A DNA stretch of 62,486 bases, the filler included, from Acidimicrobiia bacterium (GTDB lineage Bacteria; Actinomycetota; Acidimicrobiia; Spongiisociales; JAHEDJ01), in the NCBI GenBank assembly GCA_029210695.1. It is 2 parts of 2 records of this genome, joined end to end, with 100 filler letters (N's around TTAATTAATTAA, not from the genome) between each part and the next. Parts side by side here need not be neighbours in the genome. Positions count along the whole stretch, not along the records: positions 1 to 31,295 come from JARGFH010000046.1; 1 more part is not named here. The stretch is one strand, 5' to 3'. The notes beneath the pieces were generated by a model. It did no database searches. It saw nothing but the letters and a program-made list of their open reading frames with translations, and was not told the origin of the DNA. Below are positions 7,994-17,531 of the stretch, piece after piece; the first letter of the stretch is position 1; every line of letters starts with the position of its first letter. Both the position numbers and the translations under genes were made by a program.

Positions 7994-10900
7994 TCAACCG
8001 CTCATGGCGAGGTCGGCCATCGCCTTTCGAATCCGCTTCTCACTGACCTTGCCGCGCGTGCCGAGACTCTGCGCGAAGAGACTTACCCGCAACTCCTGGA
8101 GCATCCAGGCTATGTCGGTCATCTCAGGTGAGGGCGGCAACATCTCCTGGAGGCGGTCGTGTTCCGCTTCGAGCACCAGCACTGATTCCATCAGATCACG
8201 GTCGCGCACCTGGTCGTCCGGGAGTCGCGTCAACCGGCGTCCGATCGCCAGGAGATACCGGTGGACGTCTTCGAGCCGGTCTGCGCCCAGGCCTGTACTG
8301 AATCCCGGGTAGATGAGGCGCCGGATTTGGAGCCTCATGTCCGACACCGCCTCCGGGAACGCTCCGGCGGCCTCGTCGAGGTCTGCGCGGAGAGTACCCA
8401 GGGTCCACATGACCCGCAGTGATCGTTCGGCAACGATCACGAGTTCGTCGTATAGATCGTCGCGCGCCGCGACCAGGAGTGCGTCGAACCCGGTCGCGTT
8501 GGCCGGCGGTCCACCCATCCGCACGATGACGTCATCCAGGGCACTGGTCAGACAGTCGGTGGCCCACTCGTCGGCGTCCGCGAAGGGTCCGGCTGTGAGC
8601 GCCACCTTCGCTTCACGGGTGAGCAGCGGACGAAGCAACTCGGCCCCGGACGGCAGGTTGAGTAGCAGGAGGCGCCTCGTGCCTTCCCACATCGACCCGG
8701 CCTGCTCCCCGGCAGTGGCGAGCAATCGTACGCTCACCGAGTCGCCGTCGTCGACCAGCGCCGGGTACGCCGTTACTGCATGGTCGGGCCCCTGGATTTC
8801 GACGGTGTGTGGAAGCTCGCCGACGCTCCAGGTCGTCAGCCCGGCGGCTTCCAGTTCGTGTCGGGTGGCCGATGCGGTGGAGCGTGCTTCGGCGCGCAAC
8901 TCGTCCTTGAGAGAGGACAGATTGCGGCCTTCCGCTAGAACCGAGCCGTCCAATGCTTCGATCCGGAAGATGGGCCGCAGATGCGACGGAAGCGATTCGA
9001 GATCGAAGGAGTCCGGCGGGATGGGTTCGCCGACGATCCGAGACAGTTGGCGCCGCAGAAAAGCAGTGAGGCCTACCCCCGGCGGGACACCCCCCGCCAG
9101 CACCGTGCGGGCAGTGTCCGGAATGGGCGCCAGGCTCTTGCGAAGCCGCTTGGGTAGCGAGCGAATCAGAGCGACTACGAGTTCCTGGCGGTGGCCGGGG
9201 ACATGCCACTCGAACGTGGCAGGATCGAGGCGCTCGAGAGCCGACACAGGAATGACCACCGTGATCCCATCCGTCGGGCTCTCGGGGTCGAACTCGTATC
9301 CGAGAGGGATCTCGACGTCGCCGTGCTGCCACACCTCGGGATAGGCAGCTTCGTCGACCTCCTCCGCCCCGGGATCGATGAGGTCACTGAGTGAGAGGTC
9401 GAGCAAGTGGGGGTTGTCCGGGCGTGTTCTACGCCACCAGGCGTCGAAGTGGCGGACCGATGTGATGTCGGCCGGGATTCGGGCGTCGAAGAACTCGTTC
9501 ACGGCCTGATCGTCGACGAGCAGGTTCGCCCGGCGGGCCCGGGCTTCGAGACCGAGAACCTCCTGCACCCGCGCCCGGTTGTGCGCGACGAAGGCGTGGT
9601 CGCTCGGCCAGTCACCGGCGACCAGCGCGTTGAGGATGAAAGATTCCCGGGCGGTGGCCTGGTCGACTCGACCGTAGAGGACCGTCCGCGCGGTCTGCAG
9701 GGGCAGCCCGTAGATCGTGACCGTCTCGTGGGCGACGGCTGCTCCGCGATCGGCATCCCACCACGGATCCGAGTGCGACCGTTTGACTACGTGGGAGCCG
9801 ATCTCCTCGACCCACTCCGGGTCGATCCTGGTGACACCGCGTGCCCACAGGCGGCTGGTTTCGACGAGTTCAGCGGCCATCACCCAGTCGGGAGCCTTTT
9901 TGAAGAGAGCGGAGCCCGGGTTGATGGCGAAGCGTGAGCCGCGCGCTCCCCGGTACTCGTAGCTGTCGGGGTCCTTGACCCCTACGTGAGAAAGAAGACC
10001 TGCGAGCAGTGCACGGTGGATCGCGTCCGGTTCTGCGGGCTTGGGGTTGCGAGCGAGCCCCAGCTCACCTGCCACCTCGCGCAGTTGGGCGTGGACGTCC
10101 TGCCACTCGCGCACGCGCCGGTAGTTCAGGTATTCATCCCGACACATCCGGCGGAACTGGCTCGACGAGCGGGACCGCCGCTCGCCGTGCAGGTACTCCC
10201 ACAGCCCGAGCCAGCTCAGGAAGTCGGAGTCGGGATTGGCGAAGCGGGCATGCAGTTGGTCTGCGTGTTGTTCCTTTTCGGCGGGTTGTTCCCTTGGATC
10301 CTGGATTGCCAGACCCGAAGCAATCACCAGGACTTCACGCAGGCACTCGTTGTGGTCCGCTTCGATGATCATCCGTGCCAATCGGAGGTCGACGGGGAGC
10401 GCGGCCAGCTGACGTCCGATCTTGGTCAGCCACCCGGCTGTTCCATGTCGAGCCGGATCTACGGCACCGACCTCCTCGAGCAGCGCTATCCCGTCACGGA
10501 CGGTGCGACGATCCGGTGGATCCAGGAACGGGAACGATTCGATGTCGCCCAGGCCGATGGCCGCCATCTGGAGAATCACCGAGGCCAGGTTGGTGCGCTG
10601 GATCTCCGGTTCGGTGAACTCCGGACGGGCGTCGAAGTCGTTGCAGTCGTACAAACGGATGCAGACTCCCGGGCCGAGCCGCCCGCACCGACCGGCCCGC
10701 TGGTCCGCCGAGGCCTGCGATACGGGTTCGATGGGGAGTCGCTGGACCTTGGTGCGGCGGCTGTATCGCGAGATGCGGGCGGTTCCGGGATCGACGACAT
10801 ACCGGATCCCGGGCACGGTGAGCGAGGTCTCCGCCACGTTCGTGGCGAGGATGATTCGTCTGCCGGTATGACCACGAAACACTCGTTGCTGTTCGGCGGT

Positions 10901-11890
10901 GGATAGCCGGGCGTAGAGCGGGAGGATCTCGGTGTGGGGAAGGCGCAGATCCTCGAGGGCGCGGGCCGCGTCGCGGATCTCGCGTTCGCCGGAACAGAAC
11001 ACAAGGATGTCGCCTGGTCCTTCGGTGAGGAGTTCCTCGACGGCGTCGCAGATTCCCTGGGGCTGGTCACGGGCTTCGGGCTGGGTGGGGTCGTCGAGAG
11101 GCCGGTAGCGGATTTCGACCGGGTAGGTTCGGCCGGACACCTCAACGACCGGGGCGTCACCGAAGTGCTGTGAAAAGCGGTCCGTGTCGATCGTGGCCGA
11201 CGTGATGATCAGCTTCAGTTCGGGTCGTTTGGGAAGCAAGGTCTTGATGAATCCGAGCAGGAAGTCGACATTCAGACTGCGCTCATGGGCTTCATCGATG
11301 ATGATCGTGTCGTAGCGACTCAGCCGGCGATCCCTGTTGATCTCCGCCAGCAGCAACCCGTCTGTCATCACCTTGACGAGGGTGCCGTCGCCAACCTTGT
11401 CTGAGAAGCGCACCGCGTAACCGACGGTGCCGCCGACCGTAGATCCGATCTCGTCGGCAATGCGATCGGCGATCGAGCGAGCGGCGATCCGGCGTGGCTG
11501 CGTATGTCCGATGAACCCGTCGACTCCGCGACCGAGTTCCAGACACAGCTTTGGGATCTGCGTGCTCTTTCCCGACCCCGTTTCTCCGGCCACGATGACC
11601 ACCTGATTGTCTCGGATCGTGGAGAGGAGTTCTTCACGTCGGTCGGTGATCGGCAGTTCGGCTGGATAGGCGAGCTTCCGGGGAACGGCTGCTTTGCGAA
11701 GGGCGTACCGTCTCTCGGCTGCGCTGATCTCATCTGCGAGAGAGGCGAGTACCTCCCGGAGGCGGGTGGGGGAGTCGATCCCGGCGGCTCCCTGCAGGCG
11801 GCGCCTGAGGACCCGGCGGTCGGCCGGAGTGAGCCCGCCGAGGCGGGCGCGGAGATCTTCGAGAGTTGCCGTCATGGGAATCGTGACCAT
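7994..11890 (-). CDS. hrpA: ATP-dependent RNA helicase HrpA
   Basis: GETGSGKSTQ, TQPRRIAA, DEAH, SAT and QRAGRCGR motifs; long HrpA C-terminus; about 1300 aa. Confidence 0.96.
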   Translation of the reverse strand: MVTIPMTATLEDLRARLGGLTPADRRVLRRRLQGAAGIDSPTRLREVLASLADEISAAERRYALRKAAVPRKLAYPAELPITDRREELLSTIRDNQVVIVAGETGSGKSTQIPKLCLELGRGVDGFIGHTQPRRIAARSIADRIADEIGSTVGGTVGYAVRFSDKVGDGTLVKVMTDGLLLAEINRDRRLSRYDTIIIDEAHERSLNVDFLLGFIKTLLPKRPELKLIITSATIDTDRFSQHFGDAPVVEVSGRTYPVEIRYRPLDDPTQPEARDQPQGICDAVEELLTEGPGDILVFCSGEREIRDAARALEDLRLPHTEILPLYARLSTAEQQRVFRGHTGRRIILATNVAETSLTVPGIRYVVDPGTARISRYSRRTKVQRLPIEPVSQASADQRAGRCGRLGPGVCIRLYDCNDFDARPEFTEPEIQRTNLASVILQMAAIGLGDIESFPFLDPPDRRTVRDGIALLEEVGAVDPARHGTAGWLTKIGRQLAALPVDLRLARMIIEADHNECLREVLVIASGLAIQDPREQPAEKEQHADQLHARFANPDSDFLSWLGLWEYLHGERRSRSSSQFRRMCRDEYLNYRRVREWQDVHAQLREVAGELGLARNPKPAEPDAIHRALLAGLLSHVGVKDPDSYEYRGARGSRFAINPGSALFKKAPDWVMAAELVETSRLWARGVTRIDPEWVEEIGSHVVKRSHSDPWWDADRGAAVAHETVTIYGLPLQTARTVLYGRVDQATARESFILNALVAGDWPSDHAFVAHNRARVQEVLGLEARARRANLLVDDQAVNEFFDARIPADITSVRHFDAWWRRTRPDNPHLLDLSLSDLIDPGAEEVDEAAYPEVWQHGDVEIPLGYEFDPESPTDGITVVIPVSALERLDPATFEWHVPGHRQELVVALIRSLPKRLRKSLAPIPDTARTVLAGGVPPGVGLTAFLRRQLSRIVGEPIPPDSFDLESLPSHLRPIFRIEALDGSVLAEGRNLSSLKDELRAEARSTASATRHELEAAGLTTWSVGELPHTVEIQGPDHAVTAYPALVDDGDSVSVRLLATAGEQAGSMWEGTRRLLLLNLPSGAELLRPLLTREAKVALTAGPFADADEWATDCLTSALDDVIVRMGGPPANATGFDALLVAARDDLYDELVIVAERSLRVMWTLGTLRADLDEAAGAFPEAVSDMRLQIRRLIYPGFSTGLGADRLEDVHRYLLAIGRRLTRLPDDQVRDRDLMESVLVLEAEHDRLQEMLPPSPEMTDIAWMLQELRVSLFAQSLGTRGKVSEKRIRKAMADLAMSG

Positions 11891-11950
11891 GATGCCTGAT
11901 CCGGCCGGGTCAAGGCAACGGAGCGGTTCCCGGTCCGATAAGAGGGGTCG

Positions 11951-12676
11951 CTAAGCCCGGACGGCGCGAACGGCGTCAGCGGGTGACGTGTGAAGCGGAT
12001 CACCGTGACCGGGGAGAATCAGGTGAGCGTCGATCCCTGCCAGGCGCCCCAGTGACTCCCGGGCCCGGGCAGGGTCGTTGTGGAACTCGTCGCCGAGCAT
12101 TTGGGCACGCAGCGTTCGTGACCCCAGGATGTCTCGTGTCACGAGGGCGTCGCCTGAGAACAAAACCCCCCGTTTGGCGAGATGGAACGACGCATGCCCT
12201 TCCGTGTGACCGGGTGTGTGGATCACGGTCGGCGATCCAGGAAGGTCGAGGGTCTCACCGTCTGTGAAGGTCTCGACCGAGTCGAGCGGAGGCCTCTTCG
12301 TGATGCCGACCCGTAGTACGGCGATCAGGAACTTCCACGTTCCGGGTCGAAGCAGCGGAAGGTCGGATACTGCAACCGCCGATTTCCCCTGATAGCGGCC
12401 GAGCGCACGGGCCTCTTCCGCCTCGTGCACTTTGATCGTCACGCCGGCATTTGCTGCTTCCCGTCCAAAACCGAGATGATCTGCATGCGAATGAGTGGCG
12501 ATGATCGCTTCGACATCATCAGGGGCCAGGCCGATTTGCCCGAGACCTGCGACGAGTTTGGGCCACTCCTTCGAGCACCCGGCGTCGATCACGGTTGCCT
12601 TCCCGCCTTCTGTGATGACGTAGAAGTTGTGATAGGAGGTTCCGAGTCGGTGGATTCCATCAACGATCTCGATCAT
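11951..12676 (-). CDS. MBL-fold metallo-hydrolase
   Basis: THSHADHLG, TPGHTEGH, FSGD and PGHG. Confidence 0.9.
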   Translation of the reverse strand: MIEIVDGIHRLGTSYHNFYVITEGGKATVIDAGCSKEWPKLVAGLGQIGLAPDDVEAIIATHSHADHLGFGREAANAGVTIKVHEAEEARALGRYQGKSAVAVSDLPLLRPGTWKFLIAVLRVGITKRPPLDSVETFTDGETLDLPGSPTVIHTPGHTEGHASFHLAKRGVLFSGDALVTRDILGSRTLRAQMLGDEFHNDPARARESLGRLAGIDAHLILPGHGDPLHTSPADAVRAVRA

Positions 12677-12694
12677 GACGATCGCTCCGGGGTT

Positions 12695-13129
12695 TCAGTG
12701 ATCAAGGGCTTTGTCCATGCTTCGCAACCGTGCCGACAAGCTCACGAGGATCTTGCGATCGAGTCCCGGCAGATGATCGACGAGGTACTGGAAATCGCGG
12801 CGATGGATTACGAGCAGAACTGCATCGGATTCAACTCGCAGGGAGGCGCTGCGCGGCTTTCCGTCGAGCAATGACATCTCGCCGAGCACCTCACCTTCCC
12901 CGTGGGTCGAGATCTTGCGGTTGTTCCGGCGAACCGAGACGGTGCCGCGCACGATGATGAAACCCTGACTGCCCTGCTCGCCCTGTTCGGCGAGCACAGT
13001 TCCCTTGGGGACGTGTACCTCGTCCGCTCGTTTTGCCACCTCGGTGAGATCTTTCTTGCTGAGGTTCGAAAACAGCGATACTTTCTTGAGCATGTCGATC
13101 CGGTCGGATCGACGGTGGAGCACATTCAC
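12695..13129 (-). CDS. Stand-alone cyclic nucleotide-binding domain protein
   Basis: LKKVSLFSNL, GEMSLLDGKPRSAS phosphate-binding cassette; GGAGGGAG RBS. Confidence 0.9.
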   Translation of the reverse strand: MNVLHRRSDRIDMLKKVSLFSNLSKKDLTEVAKRADEVHVPKGTVLAEQGEQGSQGFIIVRGTVSVRRNNRKISTHGEGEVLGEMSLLDGKPRSASLRVESDAVLLVIHRRDFQYLVDHLPGLDRKILVSLSARLRSMDKALDH

Positions 13130-13213
13130 AGTGCGGTCTCCCCTCCGAGCTTGGACTTCGAGTGTATACGGTGGGCTGTTCTGGTGGCGGCCGGCGAGGT
13201 GGGAGTTGGCCGA

Positions 13214-13615
13214 TCAGTCCGGATCGAGATCGAGCGCGGCGGAGTTGATGCAGTAACGCAGACCGGTCGGGTTGGGACCGTCGTCGAAGAGATGTCCCAG
13301 GTGACTGTCGCAAGTTGCACACATGATCTCGGTGCGGACCATGCCGTGGCTGCGGTCTTCCTTGGCGATGACTCGTCCTTCGTCAACGGCTGCGTAGAAG
13401 CTCGGCCATCCGCTTCCTGATTCGAATTTGGTGTCCGACCGGAAGAGCTCGGTCCCGCAGGCTACGCATCGGTAGACGCCGTCTTCCTTGACGTTCCAGT
13501 ACTTGCCGCTGAATGGCGGTTCGGTGGCTGCCTGCCGGGTGACGGCGTACTGCTCCGGAGTCAGCCGTTTGCGCCACTCCTCGTCGGTCAGCTTTGGGAA
13601 CGGGGTCTCTGTCAT
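13214..13615 (-). CDS. msrB: Peptide-methionine (R)-S-oxide reductase
   Basis: CxxC twice, [18 protein letters not shown] and RYCINS; GGGAGG RBS before the ATG at 13615. Confidence 0.97.
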   Translation of the reverse strand: MTETPFPKLTDEEWRKRLTPEQYAVTRQAATEPPFSGKYWNVKEDGVYRCVACGTELFRSDTKFESGSGWPSFYAAVDEGRVIAKEDRSHGMVRTEIMCATCDSHLGHLFDDGPNPTGLRYCINSAALDLDPD

Positions 13616-13697
13616 GTGGTCCTCCCTCATAGAGGTCCTAGGTTATTGGATCTGGGTTTTTGCGCGTAGGAAGCACTCGTCGGCGGACGGCGTTTCC

Positions 13698-14192
13698 CTA
13701 TTCGGGATCGACGGTGGCGGCTCGTAGGGCATCGCCGCGGATGGTTCTTGCCGCCGCGAATCCTCCGACGTAGCGGACGTCCTCGGGTATCAGTCGGAAC
13801 AGCGTGAAGTCACCGAGTTGGAGACGGGGAGCGGCGGTCGGCAGTCGCTCGACGTAGATGCTCCATGCCCTGGTGAAGGCCGGATCGGCGCGCTCAATCG
13901 GCTCGACCGGCCCCTGCACACTGACCCTGGGGAGGGTTTGGGGGTCGATGACATCGGGACGATCCGGCATCGAGATGGCCAGCGAGGCACTCGGCTCGAT
14001 CGCGAGATTGCGGGTGTGACGCGCCAGGCGGCTGAGGAACATCAGAAGGCCCTGCAGGCCGGGCTCCGGCGCGTAGGAAACCATCGAGGCAAGCGGACCG
14101 CGGTCGCCGGTCGTCGCAAGGGCCGCCCAGCGCCCGGCCAGGATGAGCTGGACCGCCTCTCTCGCTTCGGTCGATGTGTCTGGAGGCGTCAT
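13698..14192 (-). CDS. PNPOx/HugZ-like split beta-barrel protein
   Basis: SRLARHTRNL, DPQTLPRVS and YVGGFA motifs. Confidence 0.85.
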   Translation of the reverse strand: MTPPDTSTEAREAVQLILAGRWAALATTGDRGPLASMVSYAPEPGLQGLLMFLSRLARHTRNLAIEPSASLAISMPDRPDVIDPQTLPRVSVQGPVEPIERADPAFTRAWSIYVERLPTAAPRLQLGDFTLFRLIPEDVRYVGGFAAARTIRGDALRAATVDPE

Positions 14193-14249
14193 GGCACGGA
14201 GCCTATCCGAGGCGTGTGGTGAACGTTTCGCAAGACGACCGGAAACCCG

Positions 14250-15422
14250 CTAACCCACCCCGACGTGCTCCCGGTTGACGACGGCGCGGCGATCCCAGGC
14301 GGCGAAGGCCGCGGTCCCGCCCACGACGAGTGCGGCAGCCAGTATCCACATAGCCCGGTAGTCGCCGAGCCGGATGGCCAATCCGAACAACGGTCCTCCC
14401 ACCAGCGTTCCGACGTCGAATACTGCGGTGAATATGGCTGAAGCCGATCCGCGTTCAGAAACCCTGGCGCGAGTCACAACCATGCCGAACATGATCGGGA
14501 ACACGTATCCGTGCCCGATTCCGCTGAGGAAGCCCGCAATGGCCATGTCGGTAGCTCCATTCGCCTGACTCAGCACCAGGAATCCGGCGGCCAGCGCGCC
14601 GAAGGCGGGAAACATGACCCGCTTGTGGCCGATCCGGTCGGGGAGGTCTGCGGCAATCAGGCGTAGTCCGACCGCGGTGCCCGTATACACGGCGAAGAAC
14701 AGGCCGACCGAACCGATTCCGGTTTCGATCACAAAGGTCTTCAGAAACGTGAAGAACGTGGCCAACGACAGCGAAAACACGAAGGCGGCCAGCCAGAGGG
14801 GACGGAGGTCTTCTTGACCAAGTGATACCCAGAACCCCCGGCGTTTTTCGGCGGAGTCCGTGCTGGGCACATCGTGCAGAGGGAGTGCCATCAGAAGTGC
14901 GCCTCCTGCCAGCGCGACTGCGACGATGAAGAGGGTGGTGAAGTCGCCGACGTTGAGGATGAGGTCGCCGAGCACACCACCCAATCCGATCGGCATCAGA
15001 CCGGAGATGCCGAAGATGGCTATGCCCTGCGTCCTGCGTGAGGCGGGCACAACATCAGCCGCGTAGGTGAACAAGGAGGTGAACAGCATCGCCGACGCGA
15101 GGCCGTGGAGGATCCGGACGATGTAAATCCAGGGCCCGAGGGTGGTGACGGTGAGGTAGAGCGCCAGCACCGCTACGTGGAGGATGTTCCCGGCGATGAT
15201 CACCTGGCGGCGGCCGCGCAGATCCATGGCCGCCCCGATCCAGGGCCGGACAACGATCGAGGCGATCGCGGTCACGCCGACGAGGATGCCGATCTGGATC
15301 TCGTCGGCTCCGAGCTCGTGCAGGTAGCCGGGAAAATGCAGAAACAGGCTCCAGGCGAGTTCCTGGAACGCGTTGGCGGCAAACACCGCCACGAAAGCGC
15401 GGGTGAAGAGGCGTTCCGGCAT
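14250..15422 (-). CDS. MFS transporter
   Basis: About 12 hydrophobic segments; DLRGRR and DRIGHK motif-A variants; start reassigned to MPERLF. Confidence 0.9.
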   Translation of the reverse strand: MPERLFTRAFVAVFAANAFQELAWSLFLHFPGYLHELGADEIQIGILVGVTAIASIVVRPWIGAAMDLRGRRQVIIAGNILHVAVLALYLTVTTLGPWIYIVRILHGLASAMLFTSLFTYAADVVPASRRTQGIAIFGISGLMPIGLGGVLGDLILNVGDFTTLFIVAVALAGGALLMALPLHDVPSTDSAEKRRGFWVSLGQEDLRPLWLAAFVFSLSLATFFTFLKTFVIETGIGSVGLFFAVYTGTAVGLRLIAADLPDRIGHKRVMFPAFGALAAGFLVLSQANGATDMAIAGFLSGIGHGYVFPIMFGMVVTRARVSERGSASAIFTAVFDVGTLVGGPLFGLAIRLGDYRAMWILAAALVVGGTAAFAAWDRRAVVNREHVGVG

Positions 15423-15502
15423 AACGCTGCAGTGTATGACACCCACCTTCTCCGCAATGCTGTGTATCGAAAAGGCGCTACTGCATTGCGGAGAAAGTCG
15501 AA

Positions 15503-16516
15503 CTACCCCCGATTGCGGATGTCTTCGCCATCGCGCAGTCGCTTCTCGTAGGTGGCGAAGGTGCGTTCGACGTGCATCCCCGCCTTCTCGTACAGCCGGG
15601 TAGCTCCGGTGAGGCTGTCTGCATCCACGCCGAGGGTCACGATCGGGATGTCGTTCTCCCAAAACACGCGAAACGAGTGGAGAAGGATGGCCAGTCCGAG
15701 TCCGCGCTTCCGCCACGCCTTCCGCACCCCGAGCACACCAACCAGGCCCTTGCGTGGGTCGTTTCCGGCATTCGGATAGCAGAGGGAAACGGCGGCGACC
15801 TCGTCGCCGTCCCACAGCACATGGAAGTACTTTGGGTCGTAGTTCGGGTTTGCGGAGAGGTGATGATCTGCCCGCTCGAACGACTCGTCCGGATCGGCGT
15901 CGGCGAATCCCCAGTGATCCTTGAAGGATTCGCGGATTGCGTCGTGGGCGGCCCGATGATGCTGCTGCCGATCGAACGGGCGCAGTTCGAGGCCGTCGGG
16001 CCAGCGTTGCTGTGGGGGGGACTCCGTCTGGGCTATTTCCATATCCCAGAAGTAGCGCGACCGTGTGAAGCCGGCTCCGGTCACGAGCTCAGCGGCGCCT
16101 GCATGGGCGGTATCGACCCACGCTTGCGCATCGACGGCGGCCCCCTCAGGGGCACGCTCGACCATTTCCCGTGCACGTCCCTCACCCCAGGCCAGCAAGG
16201 CAGATCCGAGACCGTGTCCGCGTAAATCCGGGTGGACCCGACCCCAGACGATTGCTCGAACGTGCGGCGGAGTGGTGAAGGCCTCCTGATAGGCGACGAG
16301 GTCGCCGCCGCCGTTGAACACGACCACCGTGTCTGTGTCGAGATCGAACCCGGGCTCGGTCCACTCACCACTGGTCTCGTGCACCTCATGCTCGCCCGGT
16401 GCGTCGGGCGGCAGGAACTCTCGATCGGCGGTATTGAACAACGCGACGGCCGCCTCGACATCGTCGAGGGTGGCGGGTCGTGACTTGAAACCAGAGGGAA
16501 GGTGGAGAGACGGCAT
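15503..16516 (-). CDS. Tandem-domain GNAT acetyltransferase
   Basis: VHPDLRGHGLG and VRKAWRKRGLG CoA-binding motifs; GATRLYEKAGM. Confidence 0.9.
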   Translation of the reverse strand: MPSLHLPSGFKSRPATLDDVEAAVALFNTADREFLPPDAPGEHEVHETSGEWTEPGFDLDTDTVVVFNGGGDLVAYQEAFTTPPHVRAIVWGRVHPDLRGHGLGSALLAWGEGRAREMVERAPEGAAVDAQAWVDTAHAGAAELVTGAGFTRSRYFWDMEIAQTESPPQQRWPDGLELRPFDRQQHHRAAHDAIRESFKDHWGFADADPDESFERADHHLSANPNYDPKYFHVLWDGDEVAAVSLCYPNAGNDPRKGLVGVLGVRKAWRKRGLGLAILLHSFRVFWENDIPIVTLGVDADSLTGATRLYEKAGMHVERTFATYEKRLRDGEDIRNRG

Positions 16517-16576
16517 AGCGGAATCGTACCTTCGTTGGATTGGTCAACCGGGGGGAATACTCGCAGGCAGCCTTGC

Positions 16577-16614
16577 CCTATTGCCTATTGCCTATTGCCT
16601 ATTGCCTATTGCCT
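16577..16614. repeat. Heptamer tandem repeat (CCTATTG) x5.4
   Basis: Five perfect units plus CCT, intergenic. Confidence 0.95.
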
Positions 16615-16631
16615 TCGGTCTGTGATCGCGG

Positions 16632-17429
16632 CTACCAACCGGCGTGATACCCCACGGCAAACGTACCGACCACGACCAGGCCGACGACCATCTGTGTCCA
16701 TCCGATGGTCTTGGCAGGAACCGGCGGGCGTCCCATCGAGACAGAACCCCACGCCGCGACCAGGACGGCCGCAACCGTTGCGAGCCAGGGCGCCCACCCC
16801 GCCGCGGCGGCGCCGGCGACGGTCGGCAGTGCGGCAACCCCCGTAATGGAAGTCGGCAGGGTCACAAAGGGCTGGCCCTTGGCCCGGCGGATCTGCAGTC
16901 GGACGAGCAGGATCGAGGGGATGATCCGGGCGACCAGGACGAGCCACGCACCGGCGGCGATCTCCCAGTCGAGGCCGTTGGCGAGGATGATCATCGGCGC
17001 AGCCGCCCCCAGAGCGATGGGCCCGAGCAGCTCCGGCAGAAGTTCGCGGCCCCGGTTATCGAGATCGAATCGGAGCTGCACCAGGACGAGCGGGATGGAC
17101 ACGAGGAGGGGCCACCAGAAGCTCTCCTCCGCGGTCACGATGGCCAGGGCGAGACCGGCGGCGGCGACCATCGCCATCCCTGCGACAGAACGCACCGCGA
17201 TCCCCGTTCGTTCGAGCCGACGTTCCCTTCGCCGGTCCGCTACCGCAATGCGTAACGGTCGCCTGGCCAGGAAGGCGGCGAACGTCGCCAGGCCGAGACC
17301 GAGGGCCGGCCAACCCGGAGCAACCAGTGCACCCAACAGCACCGGTTCGAGAGTGAACCCCCAGCCGCCGTGCTCAGTCGGGACCACCACCGTGCGCAGC
17401 GTCGATTTAGCGATGGCGTTACCCTTCAT
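16632..17429 (-). CDS. YwiC-like membrane protein
   Basis: PTEHGGW motif near the N-terminus, multiple TM segments, KTIGWTQ at the C-terminus. Confidence 0.75.
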   Translation of the reverse strand: MKGNAIAKSTLRTVVVPTEHGGWGFTLEPVLLGALVAPGWPALGLGLATFAAFLARRPLRIAVADRRRERRLERTGIAVRSVAGMAMVAAAGLALAIVTAEESFWWPLLVSIPLVLVQLRFDLDNRGRELLPELLGPIALGAAAPMIILANGLDWEIAAGAWLVLVARIIPSILLVRLQIRRAKGQPFVTLPTSITGVAALPTVAGAAAAGWAPWLATVAAVLVAAWGSVSMGRPPVPAKTIGWTQMVVGLVVVGTFAVGYHAGW

Positions 17430-17531
17430 ACTTCGGACGGTGCAGAGTGTGACTCGTGACCCTAGAGAATACGGGCGCGCGTGCGCCACAATCATCGCCA
17501 AGTCAGTGAATCGTTCTCTCGAGGGGACACA

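Noticed and set aside
11951..13129. cNMP-binding protein + MBL hydrolase as a Pycsar-like or cyclic-nucleotide system
   Set aside because: No cyclase, the CNBD has no effector domain, and both families are common.
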